Source of the DNA: Actinomycetota bacterium
GTDB taxonomy: Bacteria; Actinomycetota; Thermoleophilia; UBA2241
Direction of reading: 5' to 3'
Assembly (NCBI GenBank): GCA_026392265.1
Contig: JAPLCL010000190.1
Location: forward strand, 1 to 34,847
DNA length: 34,847 nucleotides
In this document: piece after piece, positions 1-7,688 of the stretch
Layout of the letters: every line of letters begins with the position of its first letter
Numbering within the stretch: the first letter of the stretch is position 1
The notes under the pieces: model-generated
Seen by the model: only the letters and a program-made list of their open reading frames with translations
Told to the model about the DNA's origin: nothing
Database searches by the model: none
Translations under genes and position numbers: made by a program

Positions 1-878
1 GCGCCCTGCTCGGGCAGGCAGAAGCTGAACATCTCCAGCTTGTCGAACTGGTGCACGCGCAGGATGCCGCGCGTGTCGCGCCCGGCGGCGCCGGCCTCGC
101 GGCGGAAGCAGCTGGAATAGCCCGCGTAGCGCAGCGGCAGCTTCTCGGCCTCCAGGAACTCCTGCATGTGCATGGCGGCCAGCGGCACCTCGCTGGTGCC
201 CACCAGGCAGTCGCCGTCGACGGTCTCGTACACCTGGGCGCGGTCGGTGGGGAAGAAGCCCGTGCCGAACATGGCTTCCTCACGCACGAGCACCGGCGGC
301 ATGACGGGGCGGAAGCCCTTGGCGCCGACGATGTCGAGGCCGTACCGGACGAGGGCGAACTGCAGCAGCACGAGGTCGCCCTTGAGGTAGGCGAAACGCG
401 AGCCGCTCACCTTGGCACCGCGCTCCATGTCGATCATGTCGAGGGCGCTGCCCAGGTCGAGGTGGTCCTTGACCGCGAAGTCGAACTCGCGGGGCGTGCC
501 CACGTGGCGCAGCACGACCGAATCCTCTTCGCCGCCGTCGGGGACACCGGGGAGGATCATGTTGGGGATCTCGAGGAGCATCGCCTTGAGCTGCTCCTCG
601 ACCTCGCCCAGCGAGGCCTCGCGCTCCTTGATGGTCTCGCCCAGCGAGCGCATGGCGGCGATCGCCTGTTCGGCGTCACCGCCGGCCTTCTTGACCACGG
701 CGATCTCGTCGCTGGCGCGCTTGCGCGCGGCGCGCATGCTTTCGACGTCGGTGAGCAGCCGGCGGCGCTCCTCTTCGAGGGTGAGGAACTCGTCGAGAGA
801 CGACGTGGAGTCGCCGCGCCGCTCGAGGGCCCGGCGGACCTCGTCAGGATTCGCGCGCACCATCTTCACGTCGAGCAT
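1..878 (-). CDS. serS: Seryl-tRNA synthetase, N-terminal ~292 codons; the 3' end lies beyond the window
   Basis: My own reverse-complement translation from the ATG at 878-876 gives MLDVKMVRANPDEVRRALERRG..., a typical SerS coiled-coil N-terminus. It stays open to position 1 and reaches ...RVHQFDKLEMFSFCLPEQG, a class II aaRS core motif. GAGGAG sits 5 nt upstream of the ATG. It is absent from the ORF track because no stop falls inside the window. Confidence 0.9.
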   Translation of the reverse strand, partial: MLDVKMVRANPDEVRRALERRGDSTSSLDEFLTLEEERRRLLTDVESMRAARKRASDEIAVVKKAGGDAEQAIAAMRSLGETIKEREASLGEVEEQLKAMLLEIPNMILPGVPDGGEEDSVVLRHVGTPREFDFAVKDHLDLGSALDMIDMERGAKVSGSRFAYLKGDLVLLQFALVRYGLDIVGAKGFRPVMPPVLVREEAMFGTGFFPTDRAQVYETVDGDCLVGTSEVPLAAMHMQEFLEAEKLPLRYAGYSSCFRREAGAAGRDTRGILRVHQFDKLEMFSFCLPEQG

Positions 879-1005
879 CGTGACTCCTCGCGGTAGTGGT
901 CAGCGGGTCTCATGGTATCGCACCGGCTCGACCGCCGCGCGCAGTCCGTGCTACCCTCCCCGGACGATCAGCCACGCGCCCCCGCGCGAGACCAGGAGCC
1001 TACGT

Positions 1006-2259
1006 ATGCGCCAGAGCACTCTTCGTCCCCGTGCCCGCCATCGCCGCGGTCTGCTGGCCGCGGCCGTCCTCGTCGCGCTCTGCGCGACGCTGCTGCCCGC
1101 GGCAGACGCCGCGGCGGCGGCGTCGCCCGAGCCATCGCCGACCACGACCCCGACTCCGGAGCCTTCGCCGGCGTCCAGTATCACCTGCGTGATCACGCCG
1201 GCGACCGTCGTCTTCGGCGACGTCGTCACGGTCTCGGGCGTGGTCACGCCGGCCGTCGCCGGTCAGGACGTGGCCGTGGCGCTGGCCGGCGTGCGCGCGG
1301 CCACGGCGGTGACCGATGGCTCCGGCGCCTTCAGCGTCCAGATCACGCCGCGGGGCAGCGGCGACATCGTCGCCCGCCTGCTCGCCGATGGTACGCAGAG
1401 CGCGGCGCGGCGCCTGGTGGTCAAGCCCAAGGTCACCGTCACGCACGGCACGGCGGTCCCGTTTCTCAGCCTCCAGTATGCGGTCAAGGTCGAGCCGGCC
1501 ACCTACGCCGGCGTCATCACCGCCGTCGTCGAGCACCGTGGCGCGGCCGTCGCGACGGTCAAGGCCGCGGTGCGCGCCGGCAAAGCCGTGTTGCAGGTTC
1601 CGCTCCGCGGCGTCGACAAGTTCATCGTGACGCTGTCCTTGCCGGGCGCCGACGGCTTCGGCGCGCGCCGCCTCGAGTCGACCGTGCGGGCGAAGGGGGA
1701 GCGGGTCGCGACCGGCTCGTCGGGGTCCCGCGTGCGCGGGCTTCTCACGGCGCTGTCGCGTCTCCATATCCGCGTGCCGTATATCGGCACCACCTTCAAT
1801 GCGCAGTGCGCCGACGCCGTCATGGCGTTCCAGAAGGCGTATGGCCTGTCGCGTACCTACGTGTTCGACAGCGACGACTGGCGCAAGCTCGACGGCGCCA
1901 AGCCGGTCAAGCCGCGCCACTCGGGGCCGTCCACTCACCTCGAGGTGGACAAGGGCCGGCAGATCCTGATGGTGGTCAAGAACGGCGCCGTCTACGGCCT
2001 CATCGCGGTGTCCACGGGGGCCACGGGCAACACGCCGGAGGGCAGTTTCCACATCCAGCAGAAACACCCGTACACCACCTCGGGGTTCGGCGGGATCCTG
2101 CTGCGCACGATGGGCTTCGTCGGCGACTTCGCCATCCACGGGTATGCGCCGGTGCCGCCGTATCCGGCCAGCCACGGCTGCATCCGCGAGCCGCTGTGGG
2201 TGGCCGACTGGACCTACAACCAGTCCTGGGTGGGCGAGCAGCTCTACGTCTATCACTGA
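1006..2259 (+). CDS. Secreted L,D-transpeptidase (YkuD domain) with signal peptide, Pro/Thr linker, Ig-like region and a peptidoglycan-binding-like segment
   Basis: Internal ATG of track ORF 412..2259, with AGGAG 7 nt upstream. N-terminus is MRQSTLRPRARHRRGLLAAAVLVALCATLLPAADA (signal-like), followed by PEPSPTTTPTPEPSP. The C-terminus carries the YkuD catalytic signature HGYAPVPPYPASHGCIREP. AVMAFQKAYGLSRTYVFDSDDWRKL resembles a PG-binding repeat. Confidence 0.85.
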   Translation: MRQSTLRPRARHRRGLLAAAVLVALCATLLPAADAAAAASPEPSPTTTPTPEPSPASSITCVITPATVVFGDVVTVSGVVTPAVAGQDVAVALAGVRAATAVTDGSGAFSVQITPRGSGDIVARLLADGTQSAARRLVVKPKVTVTHGTAVPFLSLQYAVKVEPATYAGVITAVVEHRGAAVATVKAAVRAGKAVLQVPLRGVDKFIVTLSLPGADGFGARRLESTVRAKGERVATGSSGSRVRGLLTALSRLHIRVPYIGTTFNAQCADAVMAFQKAYGLSRTYVFDSDDWRKLDGAKPVKPRHSGPSTHLEVDKGRQILMVVKNGAVYGLIAVSTGATGNTPEGSFHIQQKHPYTTSGFGGILLRTMGFVGDFAIHGYAPVPPYPASHGCIREPLWVADWTYNQSWVGEQLYVYH

Positions 2260-2294
2260 CGCGTGACGGGCGGGACTGACGCGTGACGGGCGGG
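2255..2294. repeat. Perfect tandem duplication, 2 x 20 nt (ACTGACGCGTGACGGGCGGG), spanning the L,D-transpeptidase stop codon
   Basis: Read directly: 2255-2274 and 2275-2294 are identical. The first copy contains the TGA stop (2257-2259). Confidence 0.85.
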
Positions 2295-2332
2295 GCGGGC
2301 GGCGGCCGGAAGGGCCGCCGCCCGCCCCGCCC
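2288..2332. terminator. Perfect 20-bp G/C stem with a 5-nt loop between convergent genes; likely a bidirectional terminator
   Basis: GGGCGGGGCGGGCGGCGGCC (2288-2307), loop GGAAG, then GGCCGCCGCCCGCCCCGCCC (2313-2332). It lies between stop codons at 2259 (+) and 2339 (-). There is no U-tract, which is common in high-GC actinobacteria. Confidence 0.6.
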
Positions 2333-2338
2333 GCGGGT

Positions 2339-3256
2339 TCAGCGTCGCGTGGCGGCCGGAAGGCGGGCAGCGACCTCAGCCGCGGCCGCCAGGACGGTGA
2401 TGCCGCACTCCAGCGTGCTCCCGCCGACGGCGCTCTCGGGGGCAAAGGACGTCAGCGAGAGCGCCCGCAGCTCGAAACGCGCGCCGGTCATCTCGAGCGC
2501 CGCCAGCAGCTCGGCCAGCGTGAGACCGCCGAGCGACGGGAAGCCGACGGCCGGCGCCACCGATGGATCGAGCACGTCGATGTCGACGTGCAGGTACGCC
2601 GGCGGGCGGCCCGTCCCGGCATGCCCGGCGAGCTCGTCGAGCGCCGGCGCGAGCGCCTCGCCCAGGCCGCGCGCGCGCACCTCGGCGCCGCTCACCACCG
2701 TGACGCGCGATGCCGCCAGGGCGTCGGCTTCCGCCGGATCCAGGTCACGACCGCCGGCGTGCAACGTCAGCGTCTCGCTTTGCGGCTGGCCGCCGAGGCT
2801 CACCCAGGTCTCTGGGAAGGCGCGCCCCGTGAGCATCGCCAGGGGCATGCCGTCCAGGTAGCCGGTCGCGGTGGTCTCCGGGGTGTTGAAGTCTCCGTGG
2901 GCGTCGAGCCAGATGGTGGTCAAGCGTCCCTGAGCAGGGTCGCCGTCGACTCCGGCGGCCAGCAATCCGGCGCGCACCCCAAGGGTGACGTTGCAGTTGC
3001 CTGCCAGCACCAGTGGGAGGCGGCCGTCCGCTGCGGCGACGGCCACCAAAGCCGCGACGGCGGCGTCGACGTCGAGCACGGCCTCGAGCTCGCTGCCGAA
3101 GGGGGCGCTGCGCCGGGCGGTCACGACCTCAACGTCGTGACCGCGGGCGCGCAGCGCCTCCGCGGCTCCGCCCTTGAGATACGCGGCGGGCCCGCGGCCG
3201 CTGCCCACGCCCTCGCGCCCGAGGTCATACGGGACGGCTACGAGCGTGAGGTCCAC
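2339..3256 (-). CDS. Arginase/agmatinase/formiminoglutamase-family (ureohydrolase fold) protein, divergent active site
   Basis: C-terminal 305 codons of track ORF 2339..3388. The GTG start at 3256 was chosen because the upstream GNAT gene stops at 3264. Arginase-fold motifs are present: WLDAHGDFNTPETT (DxHxD) and HVDIDVLDP (DxD). The usual GGDHS motif reads AGNCN, and the GN(L/I)HG histidine reads YLDG. Confidence 0.8.
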   Translation of the reverse strand: MDLTLVAVPYDLGREGVGSGRGPAAYLKGGAAEALRARGHDVEVVTARRSAPFGSELEAVLDVDAAVAALVAVAAADGRLPLVLAGNCNVTLGVRAGLLAAGVDGDPAQGRLTTIWLDAHGDFNTPETTATGYLDGMPLAMLTGRAFPETWVSLGGQPQSETLTLHAGGRDLDPAEADALAASRVTVVSGAEVRARGLGEALAPALDELAGHAGTGRPPAYLHVDIDVLDPSVAPAVGFPSLGGLTLAELLAALEMTGARFELRALSLTSFAPESAVGGSTLECGITVLAAAAEVAARLPAATRR

Positions 3257-3263
3257 GCCGCTC

Positions 3264-3731
3264 TCAGTCCTCGAGCGCGGGCAGGCGCTTCTCGAGGAGC
3301 ACCATCTCAGGCTGCTCGGGGGTCGCGGCCCGCACGAAGTCGTGGCCGCGGTACAAACGCAGAGAGGGGTGATCGCCGGCGGGCACAAACGCCGTGAGCC
3401 GGAGCAGACGGCGATCGATGGCCACGCCCTCGGCCCAGTCGACGAGCTGATTGGCCACGCCGCGGGCCTCGAACGCCGGGCTCACGCACACGCAGCGCAA
3501 GGCCAGCGCATCGTCCTCAGCCTCGACGGCGACGAAGCCGGCCATCTCGCCCTCCGCCTCCGCGACGAACACGTCGGCCCGCTCCAGCAGCTCGAGCAGC
3601 TCGGCGGTGCGGTAGCGCTCCGGGTGGCCGGAGCCTTCGGCCAGCGGATGCAGGGTCTCTTCGGCGAGCAAGACGAGCATGCCGCGGTCGTCGGCGCTCA
3701 CGTTTCGCACACAGCACTTCACGCGTTCCAT
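3264..3731 (-). CDS. GNAT-family N-acetyltransferase
   Basis: Track ORF 3264..3737. ATG at 3731 is preferred (GGAGG 5 nt upstream); GTG at 3737 is the alternative. ~155 aa with a GNAT-like core: FVAVEAEDDALALRCVCVSPAFEARGVANQLVDWAE. Confidence 0.7.
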   Translation of the reverse strand: MERVKCCVRNVSADDRGMLVLLAEETLHPLAEGSGHPERYRTAELLELLERADVFVAEAEGEMAGFVAVEAEDDALALRCVCVSPAFEARGVANQLVDWAEGVAIDRRLLRLTAFVPAGDHPSLRLYRGHDFVRAATPEQPEMVLLEKRLPALED

Positions 3732-3748
3732 GAGCACCTCCGTACGGG

Positions 3749-4795
3749 TCAGTCTGAGGCCAGCCTCTCCGCCTGCTTCTTCTGCTCCTCGCCGATCATA
3801 TAGCGGATGGTGATGAAGGTGAGCAGCAGGATCAGCAGGCCGACAAGCGCGCCGAGCTGGTTCTCGTAGAACTCGAAGAACTCCCCGACAAGGATGCTGA
3901 CGAGCACGGCGCGCTCGAACCAGGTATAGGCCACCAGGTGCGAGTGCCTGCCGCGGACGATGCCGATCACCACGAGGACCCCGACCACGAGGCCGGTGAT
4001 CGTGAACCCGGCCTCCACGAAGGTGACGTTGGCCGGGTCCAGGTACACACCGAGGCCGCCGAGCAGACCGGCGAGGCTGATGACCACGAACCAGCCCACG
4101 ACCAGGAGTCTGAACCAGCGGCGGGCGACCAGCCGGCCGTAGAGAGCCGAGAGCCAGCGCTTCGCCGTCTGCAGCGGCGACGGATTGGGCTTCTCCGGCA
4201 TCTCGAGCGAGCGCAGCATGTCGCCGAGGGCGATGACCACGGGATCCGCCTGGTCGGCGCGGCTCAGCAGGACGAGGGCGTCGGTTCGTTCACCTTCGTC
4301 CATGTCGCGCAGCACGGCCTCCTTCGCCAGGTCGAACGCGTTGACGAGCGCTGTCTGCGGGGAGAGGTGCTTGATGCTGCCCAGCCAGCGGAAGAGGAAG
4401 AAGAGCCCCACGAAGATGACGTAGATGATGGCGATGACCGGCCGGAAGAAGTAGTCGTTGTCCGACGTGATGAACTTGCCCAGCTCGTCGATGAAGAGAC
4501 CGAAGCCGATGCCCGCGGCGAGCGCCCCCAGGGTCGTCCAGAGCCTTCCTTCGAGAGCGAGGAAGAGGATGATGGCGATGAGCATGCCGAGGCCGCCCCA
4601 GAGCAGGTGGGCGAAGTGGATCTTGCCGCCGCCGAGCTGCGGCCACCCGGTGGCCGCGAGGATCGCGCGCACCAGGATGATAGTCGCGACCGCCGACACA
4701 AAGAAGACCTCGAACTGGACCGTGGCCTCGACGCGACGCACGAAGAACGAGCGCTTGGGCGTGGCGGCGACCGCTGCGTCTGAGCGCTCTGCCAC
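3749..4795 (-). CDS. Polytopic membrane protein of unknown function: two hydrophobic blocks separated by a ~90-aa soluble segment
   Basis: 348-aa ORF with strong G/C third-position bias and multiple hydrophobic helices (e.g. FFVSAVATIILVRAILA, LWGGLGMLIAIILFLAL, IIYVIFVGLFFLF, LVVGWFVVISLAGLLGGLGV, LVGLLILLLTFITI). I recognise no family signature. Confidence 0.7.
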   Translation of the reverse strand: MAERSDAAVAATPKRSFFVRRVEATVQFEVFFVSAVATIILVRAILAATGWPQLGGGKIHFAHLLWGGLGMLIAIILFLALEGRLWTTLGALAAGIGFGLFIDELGKFITSDNDYFFRPVIAIIYVIFVGLFFLFRWLGSIKHLSPQTALVNAFDLAKEAVLRDMDEGERTDALVLLSRADQADPVVIALGDMLRSLEMPEKPNPSPLQTAKRWLSALYGRLVARRWFRLLVVGWFVVISLAGLLGGLGVYLDPANVTFVEAGFTITGLVVGVLVVIGIVRGRHSHLVAYTWFERAVLVSILVGEFFEFYENQLGALVGLLILLLTFITIRYMIGEEQKKQAERLASD

Positions 4796-4799
4796 AGGC

Positions 4800-5642
4800 T
4801 CAGGCGGGGTAGGAGCCCAGCACTTTGACCCACGGCAACTTGCAGGCGAGGCACGAGAGCGCCTGCTCGATCGGCGGGTCGCTGCGCCTGCCCTCCATGT
4901 CGATGAGGAAGATGTAGTCGCCGAGGCCTTGTTTGGAGGGGCGAGATTCGATCTTCGTGAGGTTCACGTAGCGATGCGCGAACTCGCTGAGGATGAGCAG
5001 CAGAGCGCCGGGTTGATCGGCGCCGATGCCGCAGACGATGCTGGTCTTGTAGGGAGCCTCCAGATCCTGCGGCGCCGGGGTGCGTGCCAGGTAGACGAAG
5101 CGCGTGCGGTTGTCGAGCGAGTCCTCGATATCGTCGCGGACCACGGTGCACTCGTAGAGGTCGGCGGCGAGCCGCGTGCCGATGGCCACCCAAGGGCGGT
5201 CGACGCGGCTCACGCGGCGCACGGCCTCTGCGGTGGAATCGGTGGCCTCGTGCTCGACGGTGGCGAGATGCTCCTGGATGAACTTGCGGCACTGCCCGTA
5301 GGCGATGGGGATACTGACCACCTTGGTGACCTCGTCCAGGCGCACCTCGGCGCGAGCGATGAGCTGGTGGCGGATCGCGTGGGTGACCTCGCGCACGATC
5401 GTCAGCTCGTCGAAGCCGAAGGCGAGCAGATCGATTGTCCGGGTGACAGAACCCTCGAGCGAGTTCTCGATGGGCACGATGCCGAGCTCGGCCTCGCCGC
5501 TCGCCACCGCCTGCATCACCTCTTGGATGGAGGGATAGGGGAACGGTGCGAGCTCGCCCGCCGGCGGGTCGGCCAGCAGCGCCTCTTCCGTGAACGTGCC
5601 CTCGGGCCCCAGAAACGCGACCCGGCTGCTTTCGTTGGCCAC
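4800..5642 (-). CDS. pheA: Prephenate dehydratase
   Basis: 280 aa. N-terminus is VAFLGPEGTFTEEA (PDT domain start), with IVPIENSLEGSV further in. The C-terminal ACT domain contains NLTKIESRPSK (ESRP motif). GTG start with GAGGAG 6 nt upstream. Confidence 0.9.
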   Translation of the reverse strand: MANESSRVAFLGPEGTFTEEALLADPPAGELAPFPYPSIQEVMQAVASGEAELGIVPIENSLEGSVTRTIDLLAFGFDELTIVREVTHAIRHQLIARAEVRLDEVTKVVSIPIAYGQCRKFIQEHLATVEHEATDSTAEAVRRVSRVDRPWVAIGTRLAADLYECTVVRDDIEDSLDNRTRFVYLARTPAPQDLEAPYKTSIVCGIGADQPGALLLILSEFAHRYVNLTKIESRPSKQGLGDYIFLIDMEGRRSDPPIEQALSCLACKLPWVKVLGSYPA

Positions 5643-5686
5643 TCTCGTCTCCTCGCGTGGTGGGCCCGTGAAGCCCGGGTGCGTCG

Positions 5687-6415
5687 TCAGGCGCCCGAGG
5701 ACGGCTCGGGGCCGGCCGGGCGGTCGTGGCCGGCGTCCCAGGTGAACGGCTCGTCGTTAGGCGCCGGCTCCAGCGCCGGGCCGGAGGGCGGCGGGTCGCC
5801 GAGCTCCGCGAGCGCATCGAAAGCCTTGCGCTCCGCGTCACCGGGGGGAAGGCCGCCGGCGGGCGGCCGCGGCTCGTCGGCGAGGCGTGGAGCCCGCGCG
5901 GCGCGGGGGCCGTCCTCGCCGGCCGCCAGCGGCCGCGGCACGGCGGCGACCACGGCTCGCTGCTCCTCCGGCGAGAGGTCGCGGTCGGCGACGCCGTCGC
6001 GCAGGTGCTTGACGTAGATACGCGCGAAGTCGCGGGCTGCGATCGCGCTGAACACCACGCCCGAGCGGTGGTTGTCGAGCAGGGCGAACGACGCGCTCTG
6101 TTCGCCGCCGGCGTCGCGGAAGGCGTCGTAGCGCACGATCGCGCGGTTGGTCAGGGCGCGGTCCAGGTGCCGCTTCTGCTCGTCGAGCTGGTCGGTGAGG
6201 ATCTCGACAGCCTCGCGCAGGTTGTGCACCTGCGAATCGAGGCTCTCCACGTGCGCGACGATATCGCGCTGCTCGTGGTGACCCATGACCACGAGCTGCG
6301 CGCGGCGCACGCGGCGCACGGAGCGCCAGAGGATGAAGACCAGGACGAGGAGCGCCAGCGAGAGGACGACCGCAGCCAGCGCCGCGTAGGGTGCGATGTC
6401 GCGCAGCGTCTGCAT
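5687..6415 (-). CDS. DUF4446-like membrane-anchored protein with a Pro/Ala-rich C-terminal tail
   Basis: 242 aa with an N-terminal TM helix (YAALAAVVLSLALLVLVFILW), a coiled-coil segment, then IVRYDAFRDAGGEQSASFALLDNHRSGVVFSAI. As I recall, that stretch matches the DUF4446 core found near serS/pheA in actinobacteria. Confidence 0.7.
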   Translation of the reverse strand: MQTLRDIAPYAALAAVVLSLALLVLVFILWRSVRRVRRAQLVVMGHHEQRDIVAHVESLDSQVHNLREAVEILTDQLDEQKRHLDRALTNRAIVRYDAFRDAGGEQSASFALLDNHRSGVVFSAIAARDFARIYVKHLRDGVADRDLSPEEQRAVVAAVPRPLAAGEDGPRAARAPRLADEPRPPAGGLPPGDAERKAFDALAELGDPPPSGPALEPAPNDEPFTWDAGHDRPAGPEPSSGA

Positions 6416-6421
6416 GGTCGT

Positions 6422-7507
6422 CTACTGGAGCTGCAGGAGGATCTTGAACTGCCCGACGTTGTTGGTCTTCACCCGCTCCCCGGGCACCGGGCCGGCCGTG
6501 ACCGTGAGCGTGGAGACCTTGCTGAGCGCCTCGGCAGGTATGGCGAATCCCTGGATCGTGACGGTCTGCGTCTGGCCGGAGGCGATGGTGGCGATGGTGC
6601 CGCCCTTCGTGAGCACGCTCCCGCCGGGCAGCTTGAGCTCCGCCGTGACGGCGACGTTCTCCTCGGCGACGTCGCCCTGGTTCTGGACCTTGACGTCGAA
6701 CGAGAGACCGGCCGAGGCCGGGACATCGGTGGTGGCGGCCTTGGTGAGCGCGATGTCGCCGGGCTGGGCGGTCACGCTTATGAGGCCCACGCCGTGGATA
6801 CCGGCGAGCTTGGTGGAGCTGCCCATGCTGTTCAGCATCTGCTCCAGGCGCGCCGTGTCGAAGGTCTTGGCGTTGAGGTAGAAGGTCGCGGTGGGCACGA
6901 GCACGTCGGTGACGCCTTGCTGGCTGAGGGTGTTGCGCGCCGGGAGGTACACGCGGCTTGTGTAGTACGCATCTGGGCCGCTGAAGTAGCCGGCGAGGGC
7001 GGCGAGCTTGGCGGGGTTCACCTTCTTCTTGCCGAGGGTGCCGAGCATGGTCGTCTCGAAGAGCTTGTAGCCGTCGGCGCGGACCTTCATACCTTCGGCG
7101 AAGACGGACTGCTCGGAGCTGAGGGTATCGGGCGGCTCGAGGCGATCGGCGCGCACGGCGATCTCGTTCTGTTTCGCGCTGAGCTCGGCGAGCTTGGCCG
7201 TGAGCTCTTTGCGCGAGAACTTGGTGGGGCTGGCGACGATCTGGTCGAGCTGCTTGCCCAGGGCGGCGGAGTCGCTGATGGCGGCCGCGACGCCCTCGAA
7301 GTAGGTGCGGTAGGACGCGACCTTGCGGCTCTGCTGGCAGCTGCGCGCCCACCAGGCCAGCGCGAAGACGATAATGAAGAGGATCGCGGCGAGGATGAGG
7401 ATGCGCTGGATGCGGGTGCGACGAGGGTTGGAACGGCGGCGCGACGGCGAAGAGGAACGCTCTCGCACTGGGGCTTGGCTGGTCGCGTCGTCGTCGAAGA
7501 AATCCAC
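6422..7507 (-). CDS. Membrane-anchored protein of unknown function with a C-terminal CARDB-like beta-sandwich
   Basis: Track ORF 6422..7567 overlaps the tRNA-Leu gene, so I trimmed it to the GTG at 7507 (VDFFDDDATS...). It has a basic disordered N-terminus and one TM helix (ILILAAILFIIVFALAWWA). The C-terminus FDVKVQNQGDVAEENVAVTAELKLPGG...ASGQTQTVTIQGF resembles CARDB. Confidence 0.65.
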   Translation of the reverse strand: MDFFDDDATSQAPVRERSSSPSRRRSNPRRTRIQRILILAAILFIIVFALAWWARSCQQSRKVASYRTYFEGVAAAISDSAALGKQLDQIVASPTKFSRKELTAKLAELSAKQNEIAVRADRLEPPDTLSSEQSVFAEGMKVRADGYKLFETTMLGTLGKKKVNPAKLAALAGYFSGPDAYYTSRVYLPARNTLSQQGVTDVLVPTATFYLNAKTFDTARLEQMLNSMGSSTKLAGIHGVGLISVTAQPGDIALTKAATTDVPASAGLSFDVKVQNQGDVAEENVAVTAELKLPGGSVLTKGGTIATIASGQTQTVTIQGFAIPAEALSKVSTLTVTAGPVPGERVKTNNVGQFKILLQLQ

Positions 7508-7533
7508 TGCGCGACCCCCGTTCGTCAGGCGGT

Positions 7534-7620
7534 TGGTGGGCGAGGCGGGACTTGAACCCGCACGCACGTAAGTGCACTAGACCCTGAACCTAGCGCGTCT
7601 GCCAATTCCGCCACTCGCCC
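7534..7620 (-). tRNA. tRNA-Leu (anticodon CAG), type II with a long variable arm and encoded CCA
   Basis: Reverse complement: GGGCGAGTGGCGGAATTGGCAGACGCGCTAGGTTCAGGGTCTAGTGCACTTACGTGCGTGCGGGTTCAAGTCCCGCCTCGCCCACCA. Acceptor stem is 7 bp (GGGCGAG/CTCGCCC). Anticodon stem is CTAGG/TCTAG with loop TTCAGGG. Variable arm is GCAC-TTAC-GTGC. T arm is GCGGG-TTCAAGT-CCCGC. Confidence 0.92.
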
Positions 7621-7641
7621 AGCAGCTCTTACAGGGTTCGG

Positions 7642-7647
7642 ATTGTA
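7642..7647 (-). promoter_or_regulatory. Candidate -10 box (TACAAT, preceded by TGG) for tRNA-Leu and the downstream minus-strand array
   Basis: The minus strand reads ...GGTATGGTACAATCCGAACCCTGTAAGAGCTGCT followed by the tRNA 5' end. The hexamer ends 21 nt upstream of the mature 5' end. The -35 region is weak. Confidence 0.35.
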
Positions 7648-7688
7648 CCATACCGAATACCGTCCCAAACGGAGGATTCCCCACCCCC

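Noticed and set aside
879-1005. T-box or other leader upstream of serS
   Set aside because: Only 127 nt are shared with the divergent L,D-transpeptidase promoter. There is no T-box sequence (AGGGTGGNACCGCG-like) and no specifier/antiterminator architecture.
51-2445. Long track ORFs 51..896(+), the 412..1005 extension of 412..2259, 912..2279(+) and 1000..2445(-)
   Set aside because: They are antisense to or out of frame with serS and the L,D-transpeptidase. Their translations are Arg/Ala/Gly/Pro-rich low-complexity strings, typical of open non-coding frames in very GC-rich DNA. The recognisable proteins occupy the other frames.
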